From the NCBI GenBank assembly GCA_963665115.1, contig OY762007.1, forward strand, positions 7,744,001 to 7,808,000: a stretch of 64,000 bases of DNA, read 5' to 3'. Under the pieces are notes generated by a model, which had not been told where the DNA came from, did not search any database, and saw only the letters and a list, made by a program, of their open reading frames with translations. This DNA comes from an uncultured Rivularia sp. Lineage in GTDB: Bacteria; Cyanobacteriota; Cyanobacteriia; Cyanobacteriales; Nostocaceae. The translations under genes and the position numbers were made by a program. How positions within the stretch are numbered: position 1 is the stretch's first letter; each line of letters starts with the position of its first letter. This document shows, piece by piece, positions 21,292-31,920 of the stretch.

Positions 21292-22434
21292 TTAGATGCC
21301 TTTAACTAAACAATCTTGATAAACTTTGAGCGTCATCTCGGCAACTTTATTCCAATTGAATTGTTCTGCTAAGTGAAGATTGTGTTCGCCCATTCTTATT
21401 AGTTTTGACTGATTATTTATTGCATATTCCATAGCTTGCAATAAACCATTAACACAGTCTGAATTATATAAAAAAGCTCCATCATCATCTAACACTTCAC
21501 CCAAACAGCAGTTACGGGGAGCAATACATGGTTTACTAAATGACATAGCTAAGAATACTGCACCTGATGTCAGAATTTCTTGGTAAGGAAATACAACCAC
21601 ATCGCAAGCATTCATGTATGTTTGAATTTCTTCATCGGGTACAAATCCAGATTTTAGCTGGATATTCTCATGTTCTGATATTTTCTGCTTTATGAGTTGT
21701 TCTAATTGTTTATTCGCAGGTTTGCCAGCAACTATCAGTTCTACTTTTTCCTGGTTTAATCGTTTAAAATCTTCAATTAATTCTAGTACTCCCTTATTGC
21801 TCCGAATCGAACCGAGCAATAGTATTACAACATTTTGATTGATAATATTTAGTTTTTTTCGTGCCTCTGCTCTATCAATATTATTATCATAATAGCCAAT
21901 ATAATTACCGTGGGGTACTACAAATATTTTGTCCCGATCTTTTATATCTAATGTTTTAGTAATTTCGTCTTTAGCAGTTTGAGAATGGGCAATTATCCCA
22001 TGACTAATCTTAGCTATAGATGTGGTACATATTTGGTCAAATTTCAAGTACAAGCTATCATGATTCTTGAGATTGTGGGCAGTCCAAATTATTTTGACAC
22101 CCATCAGTCGTAGAATATAGAGTTCGGCAATTAATATGGTTAACCTAATGAGAGATTTGAGCCAATTGCTTCTAACAAATAAAGGATGTAGCCAATGTAA
22201 ATGTAAAATATTTGGCTTACCTTCCTCGATTATAGTTGGAATCAAGTAATTGCTAGTGTTACCTTTTTCTATTTGCATACCCAAGGCAACTAAATGTTTA
22301 ATTAATTGTTCTTGGTAAGGATTTATTTGATCGAATACTGGTAGAAATGTTGCTTTTAAATTATTAGTGCGGCTAAGTTCAAAAAATTGGGATTTGTCTA
22401 AATTCGTTTCTGTGGGTGTTTGTAATTTGTTCAT
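21292..22434 (-). CDS. Glycosyltransferase family 4
   Basis: NPYQ, HLHW, WTAHN, VPHG, NKG, PY..ILTSG..LAMSF. Confidence 0.88.
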   Translation of the reverse strand: MNKLQTPTETNLDKSQFFELSRTNNLKATFLPVFDQINPYQEQLIKHLVALGMQIEKGNTSNYLIPTIIEEGKPNILHLHWLHPLFVRSNWLKSLIRLTILIAELYILRLMGVKIIWTAHNLKNHDSLYLKFDQICTTSIAKISHGIIAHSQTAKDEITKTLDIKDRDKIFVVPHGNYIGYYDNNIDRAEARKKLNIINQNVVILLLGSIRSNKGVLELIEDFKRLNQEKVELIVAGKPANKQLEQLIKQKISEHENIQLKSGFVPDEEIQTYMNACDVVVFPYQEILTSGAVFLAMSFSKPCIAPRNCCLGEVLDDDGAFLYNSDCVNGLLQAMEYAINNQSKLIRMGEHNLHLAEQFNWNKVAEMTLKVYQDCLVKGI

Positions 22435-22718
22435 CTTTTTTATTCAATGTGAAAGTTAATATACATAATTCTGTATTTTTCCCTTCTCGCTACTAGCTAT
22501 CTCTATGAAACCTCTTACCTCTAGGCTCTCTGCGTACTCTGCGGTTATTTTAAAATCGGTAATTACCTCGAAGGGGAGAGGCTTAATAAGAATGGAGCAA
22601 TTCCGGTTGCACCGGAATGATTAAAAAACCGCAGAGAGCGCAAAGAGCGCAGAGGAAGAAGAAGAGAGAGAGAAAATTGAAATCATTCCGATACCTTTCG
22701 GAAACGAGATGAAATCTA

Positions 22719-23970
22719 CTATCTAAAGTTGGCTAATGCTAACTGCTGAACTTTAGGAATAATTTTTTGGATGCGCTGACGATTATATTCTCTATGCTGT
22801 ATGAGAGGAATAAAGAAATTGCTGAGATATCCGGGTTGGCAAGCCTGCTCTGGATCGATCAACATTCCATCTAATTCAATATGCTGAAATAACCCTTGGA
22901 ATTTACCTTGATAAGTTATGCAGCCTACAGGAGTACCCTGGCTTAAACAGGCGATGCAAAGATGCATTCTCCCGGTCAAAACTATGTCTAAATGTTTACA
23001 TACAGACTTAATTTCCGCTGCACTAAAAGGTGTTGGTACTTTCACGCAATTAGATCGAATTCCTTTCGGAAGGGCGTTTAGTATAGCTTCGGATAACCCA
23101 ACATCACTAGACTGCTTGTCAGTGTGACGGAAATCATGAGGAATCAGCACAAAACTACATTTTTGATATTTCGAGTGAATTTCAACTAAAGTATCGACGT
23201 AAATTTTGACTATTTCATGGACTGATTCTTTATCTATATTGGAGAATGACTGTGAATTTGCATTGATGCCAATCAATATCTGCTGGTTTCTCCTGCTGGG
23301 TTTTAATCCATTGTAAAATCTCAAACAACACTCCTGGATTTTCAGCAGGTGGTAAGAGAAATGCCAAATCTGCAACAAGAGCAACAGATCGTTGCAGGTA
23401 ATCAATTAAGCGTTTATGTGAAACAGGATCTCGCGAATATAGTTTGATGTCGGAAGATAAATTACGAAAAGCTTCAATAACTTTGGGTGCTGGTTTTTCG
23501 TTGAAGCTAAAGCCAAGAATGGCTGCTTCCGCTCCTGTTTGCTCGGCTAATGAAACGTATTTCAATCTTCTTAGAGACGATTTCTCATCGTAGAAGCCAT
23601 CCATTACATCTGCTCCCAAACAATAAAATTTATTGTAACGACTAGCTACAGTCATAAGATGAAAATTTTCTTTCCAAGAGTTACTTAATGAATGACAAAC
23701 AATATTGATATCTGTAACTGCTGGATTAAAATTATCCCAGTTACGGGCTAAGCTGTAGGAAATAAAGCCGACTCGTTTTGCTCCTTCACTTTTAAAATGT
23801 TCAATTACAGCAGTCATCATTGCTTCATCGCCGAGGCTACCAAACCTGGCTGGAGGAAGCAAAAGGACTGAATCAGTCTGTTCTTTATTCCATTTAAAAG
23901 CTCGTTTTAAACGTAGCAGATTAGCGTACAAAGCGAGCATAGCTAACAAAATAAACTGTTTCATTTTCAT
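22719..23970 (-). CDS. Polysaccharide pyruvyltransferase family protein, +1 frameshift at ~23288
   Basis: GSLGDEAM, SRDPVS, ADLAFLL, TGRMHLCIA..GTP; removing one base of TTT 23287-23289 joins the two ORFs. Confidence 0.85.
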
Positions 23971-24012
23971 TTTTACTTTTTATTTTGAGATTGTTTGCAA
24001 GAGTTGAAAGAT

Positions 24013-25485
24013 TTATTTGTTGACGATATTTCTCAGCTTTACGGGCATAGCTAGGTGAAGGGTATTAAATATTTGTCGTGCTAGCTTAGGTGCCATCAAT
24101 GTAATCATGACTGTATAAGTTACTATTCCTAAAATAATAGAAATAACTAACAATGCATGAGGTATTAAGTAATTCCCGAATAAATATTTGAATCCTAGTA
24201 TCGCAGTTGCCATTGCGATTGTTCCTGTTAGTGGAGCAATATATTGGCGAAGATATGTACCGATATTAATCGGAATTAATTTGCGGATGATAAATAGTTC
24301 TATTGGTGAAAGCAGATAACCGCGAATCACGTAAGCTGCTGCAACTGCTAGAATTCCCCAGCGCACAACTAAGGCAAAAGCAATTACATTAGCTGTAGCG
24401 TGCAAGCAATTAAGTTTCAGCTTCCACAAAGGCTTTCCCATCGCCATAATGATGCTGCCGTTGAAGTATTGCAGAGAATGAAGAATGCCAATAAAAGCCA
24501 AAACTTGCATGACTGGTACGCTAGGCATCCATTTTTCTCCGAATAAGCTCCTGACTATTTCGGGTGCCAATACTGCCATACCTGTAAATACAGGAAAGCT
24601 AATCAGGCTTGTTAATTGCGTAGTGGTGTAAAATCCACGTTTTAATAGTTCAGGTTCTTTTTGTAGTTTAGAAAAGACAGGCATTGCCACTTGATTGGTG
24701 ACGCTCGTCAATAACTGCGTCATAATCAGCAGCCAACGGTAAGCAACCGTATAATAACCTAAAGCAACAGAACCCAGATAATAACCAATTAATAAATCGT
24801 CAGAGCGACGGTTAAAAAAGTCGAGTATTTGGATACCAACTACATTAATTCCAAAAGAAAACAATTCCTTAAAATGCTTCCTACAAACTTGAAATCCCGG
24901 TTTCCAATCAGTACTCCACCACAGAACTAAAACCCCAACAAAACCATTAGTTAATTGTTGTCCGACGAGACTCCAAACACCAAATCCTGAAAATGCCATG
25001 ACTACACCAACCGTACCACCTATAAAGGTTGCCAAAAGTGTACGAGTAGTTAAAGTCTTGAAAGCTAATTGCCGATATAAAAGTGCGCTTTGTACGCTAT
25101 TAAGTGCAGCAAATACAAAATTAAATGACAAGCAACGGATAATTGGTGTAAGTGAAGGTTGTTTGAACAAATTAGCTATCAATCCAGCCCCAGCAAGACT
25201 AATTCCTAATAGTAATATAGCAATACTGATGTTAGTCCAAAAAGCCGTATCTAAATGTTCGCGCTCTATTTCTTCACGTTGAATTATAGCTTTACTAAAT
25301 CCTTGATCGAGGAAAACCTGCATCAAAGCAAAGAATATGTTGGCTAAAGCTACTAAACCAAAAATTTCGGGTTCTAATAAACGTGCAAGAATAAGAAAAA
25401 CAGCAAAGGAAATGCATTGGCTGCCCCATTTTTCCATTGCAGTCCAAATTACCCCTTTGATTGCCTTTTCTTTGAGATTGTTCAT
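24013..25485 (-). CDS. Wzx/PST-family flippase (copy A, WzxC-like)
   Basis: True start most likely MNNLKEK (25485); the longer ORF reads through a heptamer array; [25 protein letters not shown]. Confidence 0.9.
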   Translation of the reverse strand: MNNLKEKAIKGVIWTAMEKWGSQCISFAVFLILARLLEPEIFGLVALANIFFALMQVFLDQGFSKAIIQREEIEREHLDTAFWTNISIAILLLGISLAGAGLIANLFKQPSLTPIIRCLSFNFVFAALNSVQSALLYRQLAFKTLTTRTLLATFIGGTVGVVMAFSGFGVWSLVGQQLTNGFVGVLVLWWSTDWKPGFQVCRKHFKELFSFGINVVGIQILDFFNRRSDDLLIGYYLGSVALGYYTVAYRWLLIMTQLLTSVTNQVAMPVFSKLQKEPELLKRGFYTTTQLTSLISFPVFTGMAVLAPEIVRSLFGEKWMPSVPVMQVLAFIGILHSLQYFNGSIIMAMGKPLWKLKLNCLHATANVIAFALVVRWGILAVAAAYVIRGYLLSPIELFIIRKLIPINIGTYLRQYIAPLTGTIAMATAILGFKYLFGNYLIPHALLVISIILGIVTYTVMITLMAPKLARQIFNTLHLAMPVKLRNIVNK

Positions 25486-25491
25486 TAAAGT

Positions 25492-25626
25492 AGGGAATTG
25501 GGAATTGGGAATTGGGAATTGGGAATTGGGAATTGGGAACTGGGAATTGGGAATTGGGAGTTGGGAGTTAGAAGTAGTGCGAGCAAGATGCTCGCAAGTA
25601 TCGAGCGAGCAAGATGCTCGCACTAC
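25492..25626. repeat. STRR heptamer array (GGGAATT)n plus paired REP palindromes GCGAGCAAGATGCTCGC
   Basis: About 10 heptamers, then GTAGTGCGAGCAAGATGCTCGC...GCGAGCAAGATGCTCGCACTAC (25574-25626). Confidence 0.9.
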
Positions 25627-25719
25627 TATTTATCTTTCTCCTTGTCTCCCCCTCTCCCCCCTCTTCCCCCTCTTCCCCCTCTCCAAAGCATAGGTAATCT
25701 GATCGCGCTACAAGAATAC

Positions 25720-26646
25720 TTAGACTTGGTGAATTTGTTTATACTCTTGATATTTCCTTCCCGTCACACCTACAAGCATTCCCACACTATGGTAGATATA
25801 TCGCAAAGTTTTAAATAATTCATGTTTTCCCCAAATCAAAGATAGAGGAATAAATAGAGTTCCTTTGATAATTCTTCTAATTCCTTTAAAAATACATATA
25901 GCTCGAACTAAAAGTGAAGAATCTAAATCTACTTCGCAGAAACTTTCAGTAATTCCTAATCGGTAATTCCGCTTCAGCAGCCATACTAAATTAGCACGAG
26001 TGGCTGGTATCCATTCCGAAACTAAAGCATCGTTTGCCCATACCATTTTATAGCCTGCAAAAAATACGCGCCGGAAAAAATGCCAATCCGAACCACCAGA
26101 TAATGCTAAACGCTCATCAAAACATGGCTTCATTTTTTGCAATATTTCTGTACGAATCAGCACGTTATTAGTAGCCGCTCCTTCGAGAAGTTTACCTGTA
26201 GAATAACGGGGACGTTCAAAAAATTTCCCTTTGAAAATCCAATCAGGAACGGATTGATTAAACAAAGGTAATACTGGCCCTGCAACTACATCTGCACTGT
26301 ATAAACTTTGAACGTGCAAAAGTTGATCTAACCACGATTTTTGGGGAACTTCATCATCATCAATAAAAGCAACAAAATCAAAACTTTCTCCAGCAGAGCT
26401 AATAGCTTTATTCCTAGCAAAAGGAATTCCCCGCCGCGACTCAACGCAGTATTCTAATTTCCATTGAAGTTGCAAACCAATTTGTTCGCAAACTTTACCA
26501 GCAGAACCATATTCATCGTTATCAACAACAAAAATTTCTAAATAAGGTGTTTCACAAAGCTTAAATTCGAGTTTATTTAGACCATTAAGTAGACGTTTCA
26601 AGCCTTCAGCACGTTGACAAGTGATTATGCATACAGCAACTCGCAT
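25720..26646 (-). CDS. Glycosyltransferase family 2 (ExoM-like)
   Basis: [26 protein letters not shown]. Confidence 0.88.
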   Translation of the reverse strand: MRVAVCIITCQRAEGLKRLLNGLNKLEFKLCETPYLEIFVVDNDEYGSAGKVCEQIGLQLQWKLEYCVESRRGIPFARNKAISSAGESFDFVAFIDDDEVPQKSWLDQLLHVQSLYSADVVAGPVLPLFNQSVPDWIFKGKFFERPRYSTGKLLEGAATNNVLIRTEILQKMKPCFDERLALSGGSDWHFFRRVFFAGYKMVWANDALVSEWIPATRANLVWLLKRNYRLGITESFCEVDLDSSLLVRAICIFKGIRRIIKGTLFIPLSLIWGKHELFKTLRYIYHSVGMLVGVTGRKYQEYKQIHQV

Positions 26647-26761
26647 TTTTTCTCCTTAATTACAATTGTTATCTCAATAAAGGTTCGTAGTCAGGACTTT
26701 AGTCCTTTATTTGAAGATGATTTGAGGACTAAAGTCGGCACGCAGAACGAATAGAAATAAC

Positions 26762-27700
26762 TTAACCGAGCGATCGCCCTATTGCGAATTTGGCAACAGG
26801 AGACAAACGCACCGATACTAAAGTTAGTAAAGAACGCATATCGCGATAAAAAATAGACTTGTCACAAACCAAAGCTTGGTCGATAAAATCACGTGCTGTT
26901 CGCATATCGCCACCCTGAAGACACAACCTCGATAGATAGCGATACATATAGGCGTAAACAGTCGGTAACATTGGCTTAATCAACTCTGGCGAACGCTGAT
27001 AAGCAGTTTCAATCACAATTGCCCCAGAATTCCGCATTTGTACCAGATTAAAAGATAATCCGGATGGACGCACGCGATAGTAGCATAAAACCCGCTTTTC
27101 TCGGAAAAAACGCCATTTTTGCATTGCAGCTATTCGCAACCATAAATCCACATCTTCCCAACTACATAAATCTTCATCAAATGCTCCCACTTCATCTATC
27201 AAGCAACGGCGAAACACTGCATTAGAACCATGTCCAACAAAGTTTTTGCAAAGTAAGGCTAATAGAGGATTTGAATGTACTGGCTTACCGCTCAAACTAA
27301 TAAATGTCGGTTTTCCATCATCGCGAATCGTCCGCGAAGCGCTATAAACTACCCCAACATCCGGTCTGCTATACAGTCGAGCTACATGGGTTGCTATTTT
27401 ATCTCGATGGTAAATATCATCACCATCAAGTAAAGCAATATATTCACCTCGTGCATGACGAATACCGTAGTTGCGTGCTGACGATAAACCTCCGTTTTGT
27501 TTCTTTAATAGCCGAAAACGAGTATCGCGCTGACAGAATTTTTGCACAACAGCCGCAGTATCATCAGTTGAACCATCATCAATTACTAGTGCTTCAAAAT
27601 CCGCAAATGTTTGCTGTTCCAAGGAACTCAAAGCGTCTTGGATATAACCGCTGACGTTATAAGCTGGAACGATAACACTAACTTTTGGTTTCTCAAACAT
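26762..27700 (-). CDS. Glycosyltransferase family 2 (copy A)
   Basis: Close paralog of 13982-14968. Confidence 0.92.
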   Translation of the reverse strand: MFEKPKVSVIVPAYNVSGYIQDALSSLEQQTFADFEALVIDDGSTDDTAAVVQKFCQRDTRFRLLKKQNGGLSSARNYGIRHARGEYIALLDGDDIYHRDKIATHVARLYSRPDVGVVYSASRTIRDDGKPTFISLSGKPVHSNPLLALLCKNFVGHGSNAVFRRCLIDEVGAFDEDLCSWEDVDLWLRIAAMQKWRFFREKRVLCYYRVRPSGLSFNLVQMRNSGAIVIETAYQRSPELIKPMLPTVYAYMYRYLSRLCLQGGDMRTARDFIDQALVCDKSIFYRDMRSLLTLVSVRLSPVAKFAIGRSLG

Positions 27701-28667
27701 TAAAAATTGCTCCTTCTGACTTCATATCTACGGCAATTACTCTGGATTTTCGTTTCAAAATATTTCGTAACTTGCCTCTAATACTTCGAGGAAATATCCA
27801 CATTCCCAAATACAAGCAAATATCCATTAGTTGGGGTTTCCCAAATCGAAAAGCTTCGCGCAACAGAAGTAAAAATGCTTGGCGATCGCCATCCTTCGCA
27901 GCCCGCGCACTGACTTCTGCCAGGATAAAAGATGAATAAGCACGAGGGGTGATTAAATTACGTCTGCTCTGAATCCAGTTGAGTGAAGATTGCCAAGAAA
28001 AGCTTTTACTCAAACTTTGGCGAGTTCCTTCTAAGTTCCAGATTGAGAGTATTTGAGGTGCAAATTCCAATCCTGCATCTTTAATGGAAATTGCCCGTAA
28101 AATCCAATCCCAATCCTGATGCTTTTTGAGAGGATTATCGAAAGATACTTTTTGCAATAACTCCTTTTTGGTAAATATGGTTGAGGTTTGAATTAATCCT
28201 TCTCCCATAAATAGGCTATTGCGGACAAATAAATATTCGCATAGAGGCTCTGTTTTGTTAGGAAGCCGACGCGGCCAAATAGATTCTCCTTGTGGTGTTT
28301 TAGCAATTAAATAACTGCTGACAATCGGAAATTTATAATTAGAAGCCTTTGCTGCCTGAAGCTGTAATTCCAACTTTCGCGGCATCCATTCATCATCGTC
28401 ATCCAAAAAAGCAATCCATTCTGCAATAGCAGATTTAACTCCAAAATCGCGAGCAAAACAAGCTCCTTGGTTTGTAGATAATTCAATTACTTGCAGTCGC
28501 AAATCATCTATTTCACAAAGCGTTGAACTTGTGGCTTTGTCTATTCCATCGATGACGACTATAACTTCTATTTCCTGCAAACTTTGCGCCAATGCACTCA
28601 TGACAGCACGCTTTACCAATTGCGCTCTATGAAAAGTGGGGATAACTACACTAACTAAGGGTTTCAA
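27693..28667 (-). CDS. Glycosyltransferase family 2 (copy A), TTG start
   Basis: FLDDDDEW, HQDWDW; GGAGG before TTG; paralog of 14968-15936. Confidence 0.92.
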   Translation of the reverse strand: MKPLVSVVIPTFHRAQLVKRAVMSALAQSLQEIEVIVVIDGIDKATSSTLCEIDDLRLQVIELSTNQGACFARDFGVKSAIAEWIAFLDDDDEWMPRKLELQLQAAKASNYKFPIVSSYLIAKTPQGESIWPRRLPNKTEPLCEYLFVRNSLFMGEGLIQTSTIFTKKELLQKVSFDNPLKKHQDWDWILRAISIKDAGLEFAPQILSIWNLEGTRQSLSKSFSWQSSLNWIQSRRNLITPRAYSSFILAEVSARAAKDGDRQAFLLLLREAFRFGKPQLMDICLYLGMWIFPRSIRGKLRNILKRKSRVIAVDMKSEGAIFNV

Positions 28668-28897
28668 AAAATGTCCTCCTTATTTTGAAATTCAGGGGAT
28701 GGGGAATAGGGAATGGGGAATAACCTAAATTAGGTTTATCTCTTAACTAGCACATTCTAAAACCCTTGCCTCATAAGGATTTGATGATTTAATAAAAATG
28801 TGTCAGTCCATTTGTTATGAGGAAATTAAATACCTCTAACCTCTAACCTTTGACCTTTAACCTATCCAGTATTTTCAAACCAGACTACTAATTCAAA

Positions 28898-29794
28898 TTA
28901 ATGCTTTCTACCTTTGGGGTAAGTTTCCACTCTTAACAGCGACTGATTAAAAATTGCCAACGCAATTTGTAGCGCAAAAGCCGAATTTCCTAACAGATAC
29001 CGAGCAGCTAGACGTTTAGGTTCGCGCACAAGACGATAGAGCCACTCAAAACCAGAATTAGAGATGAAATGCGGACAATCAGGAACTATTCCAGCCATGC
29101 GATCGATAATCGCCCCACCAACCATGATAGTGTTCGCCTGTAACTCATGACCATGCTTCTGTACCCAATATTCTTGAATTGGCATACCCATACCTACGAT
29201 CAAAATATTGGGTTTAAACTGATTGATTTGCTGTACGGCAGCTTGATTTGCTTGTGGATCTTCTTTATCAAAATATCCGTGATGTCCCCCAAAACGAACC
29301 TTTGGGTACTTCAGTTTTAAATTATCAATCGCAGCTTGTAAATTTTCGGACTTTCCACCCAACAAAAATACTGAAAATTCATTGCGATCGCAACTTTCCA
29401 ATATTTTAGGCATTAACAAGGTATAGGAAACTCGATAATCCAAGGGTAAATCTAACCCCATAAAACCGATTGCCTTTAATATTCCCATCCCATCACAGTT
29501 AGTAATATCTGCACTTTGCAAAAACTGATGATACCAAGGGAATTGTAGTGATAAATTAAAGCCGTGAATATTGTAATGTGCTACGGTTATTTGTTTGCCT
29601 TCGATACAAGCCTTCCGAACGGCTTCTACAATTGAAGGGATATTCATGCAATCAATTCGCCGCCCTAACAAATACACGCTTAAAGCTGTTACTTTTTGTT
29701 TTGTAATATCTATCGTTTCACCGCTTGTATTTTCGGATCGAACCTTATCATCATCAATTTGAGACTCTACTAGCCGAGAATGAAAATTTTTCAT
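28898..29794 (-). CDS. WecB/TagA/CpsF family glycosyltransferase (copy A)
   Basis: Paralog of 15982-16893 with the same motifs. Confidence 0.92.
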   Translation of the reverse strand: MKNFHSRLVESQIDDDKVRSENTSGETIDITKQKVTALSVYLLGRRIDCMNIPSIVEAVRKACIEGKQITVAHYNIHGFNLSLQFPWYHQFLQSADITNCDGMGILKAIGFMGLDLPLDYRVSYTLLMPKILESCDRNEFSVFLLGGKSENLQAAIDNLKLKYPKVRFGGHHGYFDKEDPQANQAAVQQINQFKPNILIVGMGMPIQEYWVQKHGHELQANTIMVGGAIIDRMAGIVPDCPHFISNSGFEWLYRLVREPKRLAARYLLGNSAFALQIALAIFNQSLLRVETYPKGRKH

Positions 29795-30237
29795 TTGTAG
29801 TTACCTATAAATAGGTTTAAGCAGCCGATACAAAACAATTTCATCAACAAAAATGCATGAGAAATTTATCGTGTACCTTTAGTAAATGCAAACGAAACTC
29901 AGCAATCGATCGCTAATTAAAATCTTGCTTTGGCACGAAATAACGCATTTTCAAACGCTAAATATACCAAACAATATAGTGATCTTGATTACTTAACTAA
30001 TATTGGGAAACACAAACGGAATCAATATTTCTGTTCTCAGAATTAACCCCTGGCATGGAGGTTAAAATAGTTTTAGATGATATAGTTCGATACTCAAAAA
30101 AAACACCATGCGCTTACGTCTAAGTGCGATGGGAAGTGAAATGCAAAATCTTTATTACAAGACGCTATTTTCTGGCACAAAAATAGACTTACTCTGGTAG
30201 AAACATCAACCTATAACAATTTGTCTCTATAGATACT

Positions 30238-30265
30238 AATATAATCAAAAATCAGCAACTGTCAA
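30238..30265 (-). promoter_or_regulatory. Putative sigma70-type promoter of operon copy A
   Basis: Minus strand TTGACA (30265-30260)-N16-TATATT; flanking sequence resembles 17403-17470. Confidence 0.5.
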
Positions 30266-30926
30266 GTTATTTATCGCACATTTTTTTTGTAGCTGTAATT
30301 AAAAGCGTGTTTTGAAGGATTATCTAATACTTAATACCTAGTCAAATAAACTGTTTTTGAGCAAGCAAGCGTATAAAATACAACTGTATTGCCTGTTAAC
30401 GAACAAGTTCTTTAAGTATTCTTTGTAACTTTGAAATAGTACTATTACATAAGTAAGGAAATAAACTATATCAGAATAGAACAATCATGCATACTTACTG
30501 CTATTAAGAATTTCTACTTCAAAATTTGAATGCGCTCCGAGAAGAAAAAATATGAAAGAAAAATCCTGAAATACTTGTTGTCAATACTATTGGCGTGAAG
30601 CCGCAAAAAACTTGATAATTTCAATTTACAGTTATGTGCTGAGTAGCTTATTTTACCTTAAATAAAACGCGAATACTTGAGTGCGTAGTTATATTTTTAT
30701 CATCAATAAAAATTATCATAAAAAAAGGCGGTTGTGCGGATCTAATTTGTAGAGATTCTAGCTTGCTGGTTGTAACGAGGGAGCGAGACGCTCCCACCAC
30801 GAATGTTTTACCCTGCACTTATGTGATGGAGTTCTAATAAATAGAGAATTTTATATTTACAACCCCTTAAATCGCAGTTTCACTCAAAATAGATAGTATT
30901 CACATCTCACACAAAATCATCAAAAA

Positions 30927-31670
30927 ATGTTATTACATCTAAGTACATGGCAAGAAGTTGAAATTTATCTACAGCAATCTCAGGGTATTATTTTTCCTAT
31001 AGGCTCTACCGAACAACATGGCCCAACCGGATTAATTGGTACCGATGCAATATGTGCAGAATCCTTAGCTCATGGTGTCGGCGAATCAACCCAAGCAATA
31101 GTAGCACCAACAATAAATATAGGAATGGCACTGCATCACACCGCCTTTCCCGGCACTATTAGCTTACGCCCCAGTACGATGATTCAAGTTGTCAAAGAAT
31201 ATATAACTTGTTTAGCGAAAGCTGGTTTCACCAAGTTTTATTTTATCAACGGACACGGCGGTAACATGGCAACTCTCAAAGCCGCTTTTTCCGAAACATA
31301 TTTTGATTTAGCAGATTTGCAGATTCCCAACGCTGACAAAGTGAAGTGCAAAGTCGGTAACTGGTTTATGTGCAGTACCGTATACAAATTAGCTAAAGAA
31401 TTATACGGTGACGAAGAAGGTTCTCACGCCACCCCTTCTGAAGTTGCCTTAACGCAGTACGTTTATCCAGAATCGATAAAACAAGCCGAGCTATCACAAG
31501 AAGTAGCAAAAGGACACAGAATTTATAGTGCCGCCGACTTTCGTAAAAATTATCCCGACGGCAGAATGGGTTCAAATCCCGCACTAGCAACACCAGAACA
31601 CGGTAAGCAATTTTACGATGCAGCAGTCAAAGAGTTAAGTAATGATTATCTCAAGTTTTTGAGTGAATGA
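30927..31670 (+). CDS. Creatininase family protein
   Basis: PIGSTEQHG, D, NGHGGN, HA..SE metal ligands. Confidence 0.9.
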   Translation: MLLHLSTWQEVEIYLQQSQGIIFPIGSTEQHGPTGLIGTDAICAESLAHGVGESTQAIVAPTINIGMALHHTAFPGTISLRPSTMIQVVKEYITCLAKAGFTKFYFINGHGGNMATLKAAFSETYFDLADLQIPNADKVKCKVGNWFMCSTVYKLAKELYGDEEGSHATPSEVALTQYVYPESIKQAELSQEVAKGHRIYSAADFRKNYPDGRMGSNPALATPEHGKQFYDAAVKELSNDYLKFLSE

Positions 31671-31677
31671 GCGGAAG

Positions 31678-31847
31678 TGGTAATTGGTAATTGGTAATTG
31701 GTAATTGGTAATTGGTAATTGGTAATTGGTAATTGGGGATTGGGGATTGGGGATTGGGCATGGGGCATGGGTAATGGGGCATGGGGCATTGGGGATTGGG
31801 CATTTTTACGTTTAGGAAACAATTAGGGAGCAAGATGCTCCCACTAC
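31678..31847. repeat. Composite STRR array (GGTAATT)n(GGGGATT)n(GGGGCAT)n plus REP GGGAGCAAGATGCTCCCACTAC
   Basis: Read directly; lies between convergent genes. Confidence 0.92.
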
Positions 31848-31920
31848 AAATGATTTTTCTCCTTGTCCCCTTGTCTCCCCATCACCCCATCCCCCCGTCT
31901 CCCCGTCTCCCCATCCTCAT

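Noticed and set aside
25486..25818. ORFs 25337-25693 and 25498-25818, and the N-terminal extension of wzx (GIGNWEL / PIPNSQF repeats)
   Set aside because: These are translations of the heptamer array, not proteins.
28745..28808. Recombinase core site CCTT-N7-AAGG within an imperfect inverted repeat
   Set aside because: Too short to be significant, no recombinase in the window; more likely another degenerate small repeat.
7875..29794. Duplication as an assembly artefact
   Set aside because: Paralogs differ at many positions, including amino acids, and have different gene content.
30927..31670. Mycofactocin/RiPP peptidase system
   Set aside because: Creatininase-fold gene stands alone; no precursor peptide or maturase nearby.
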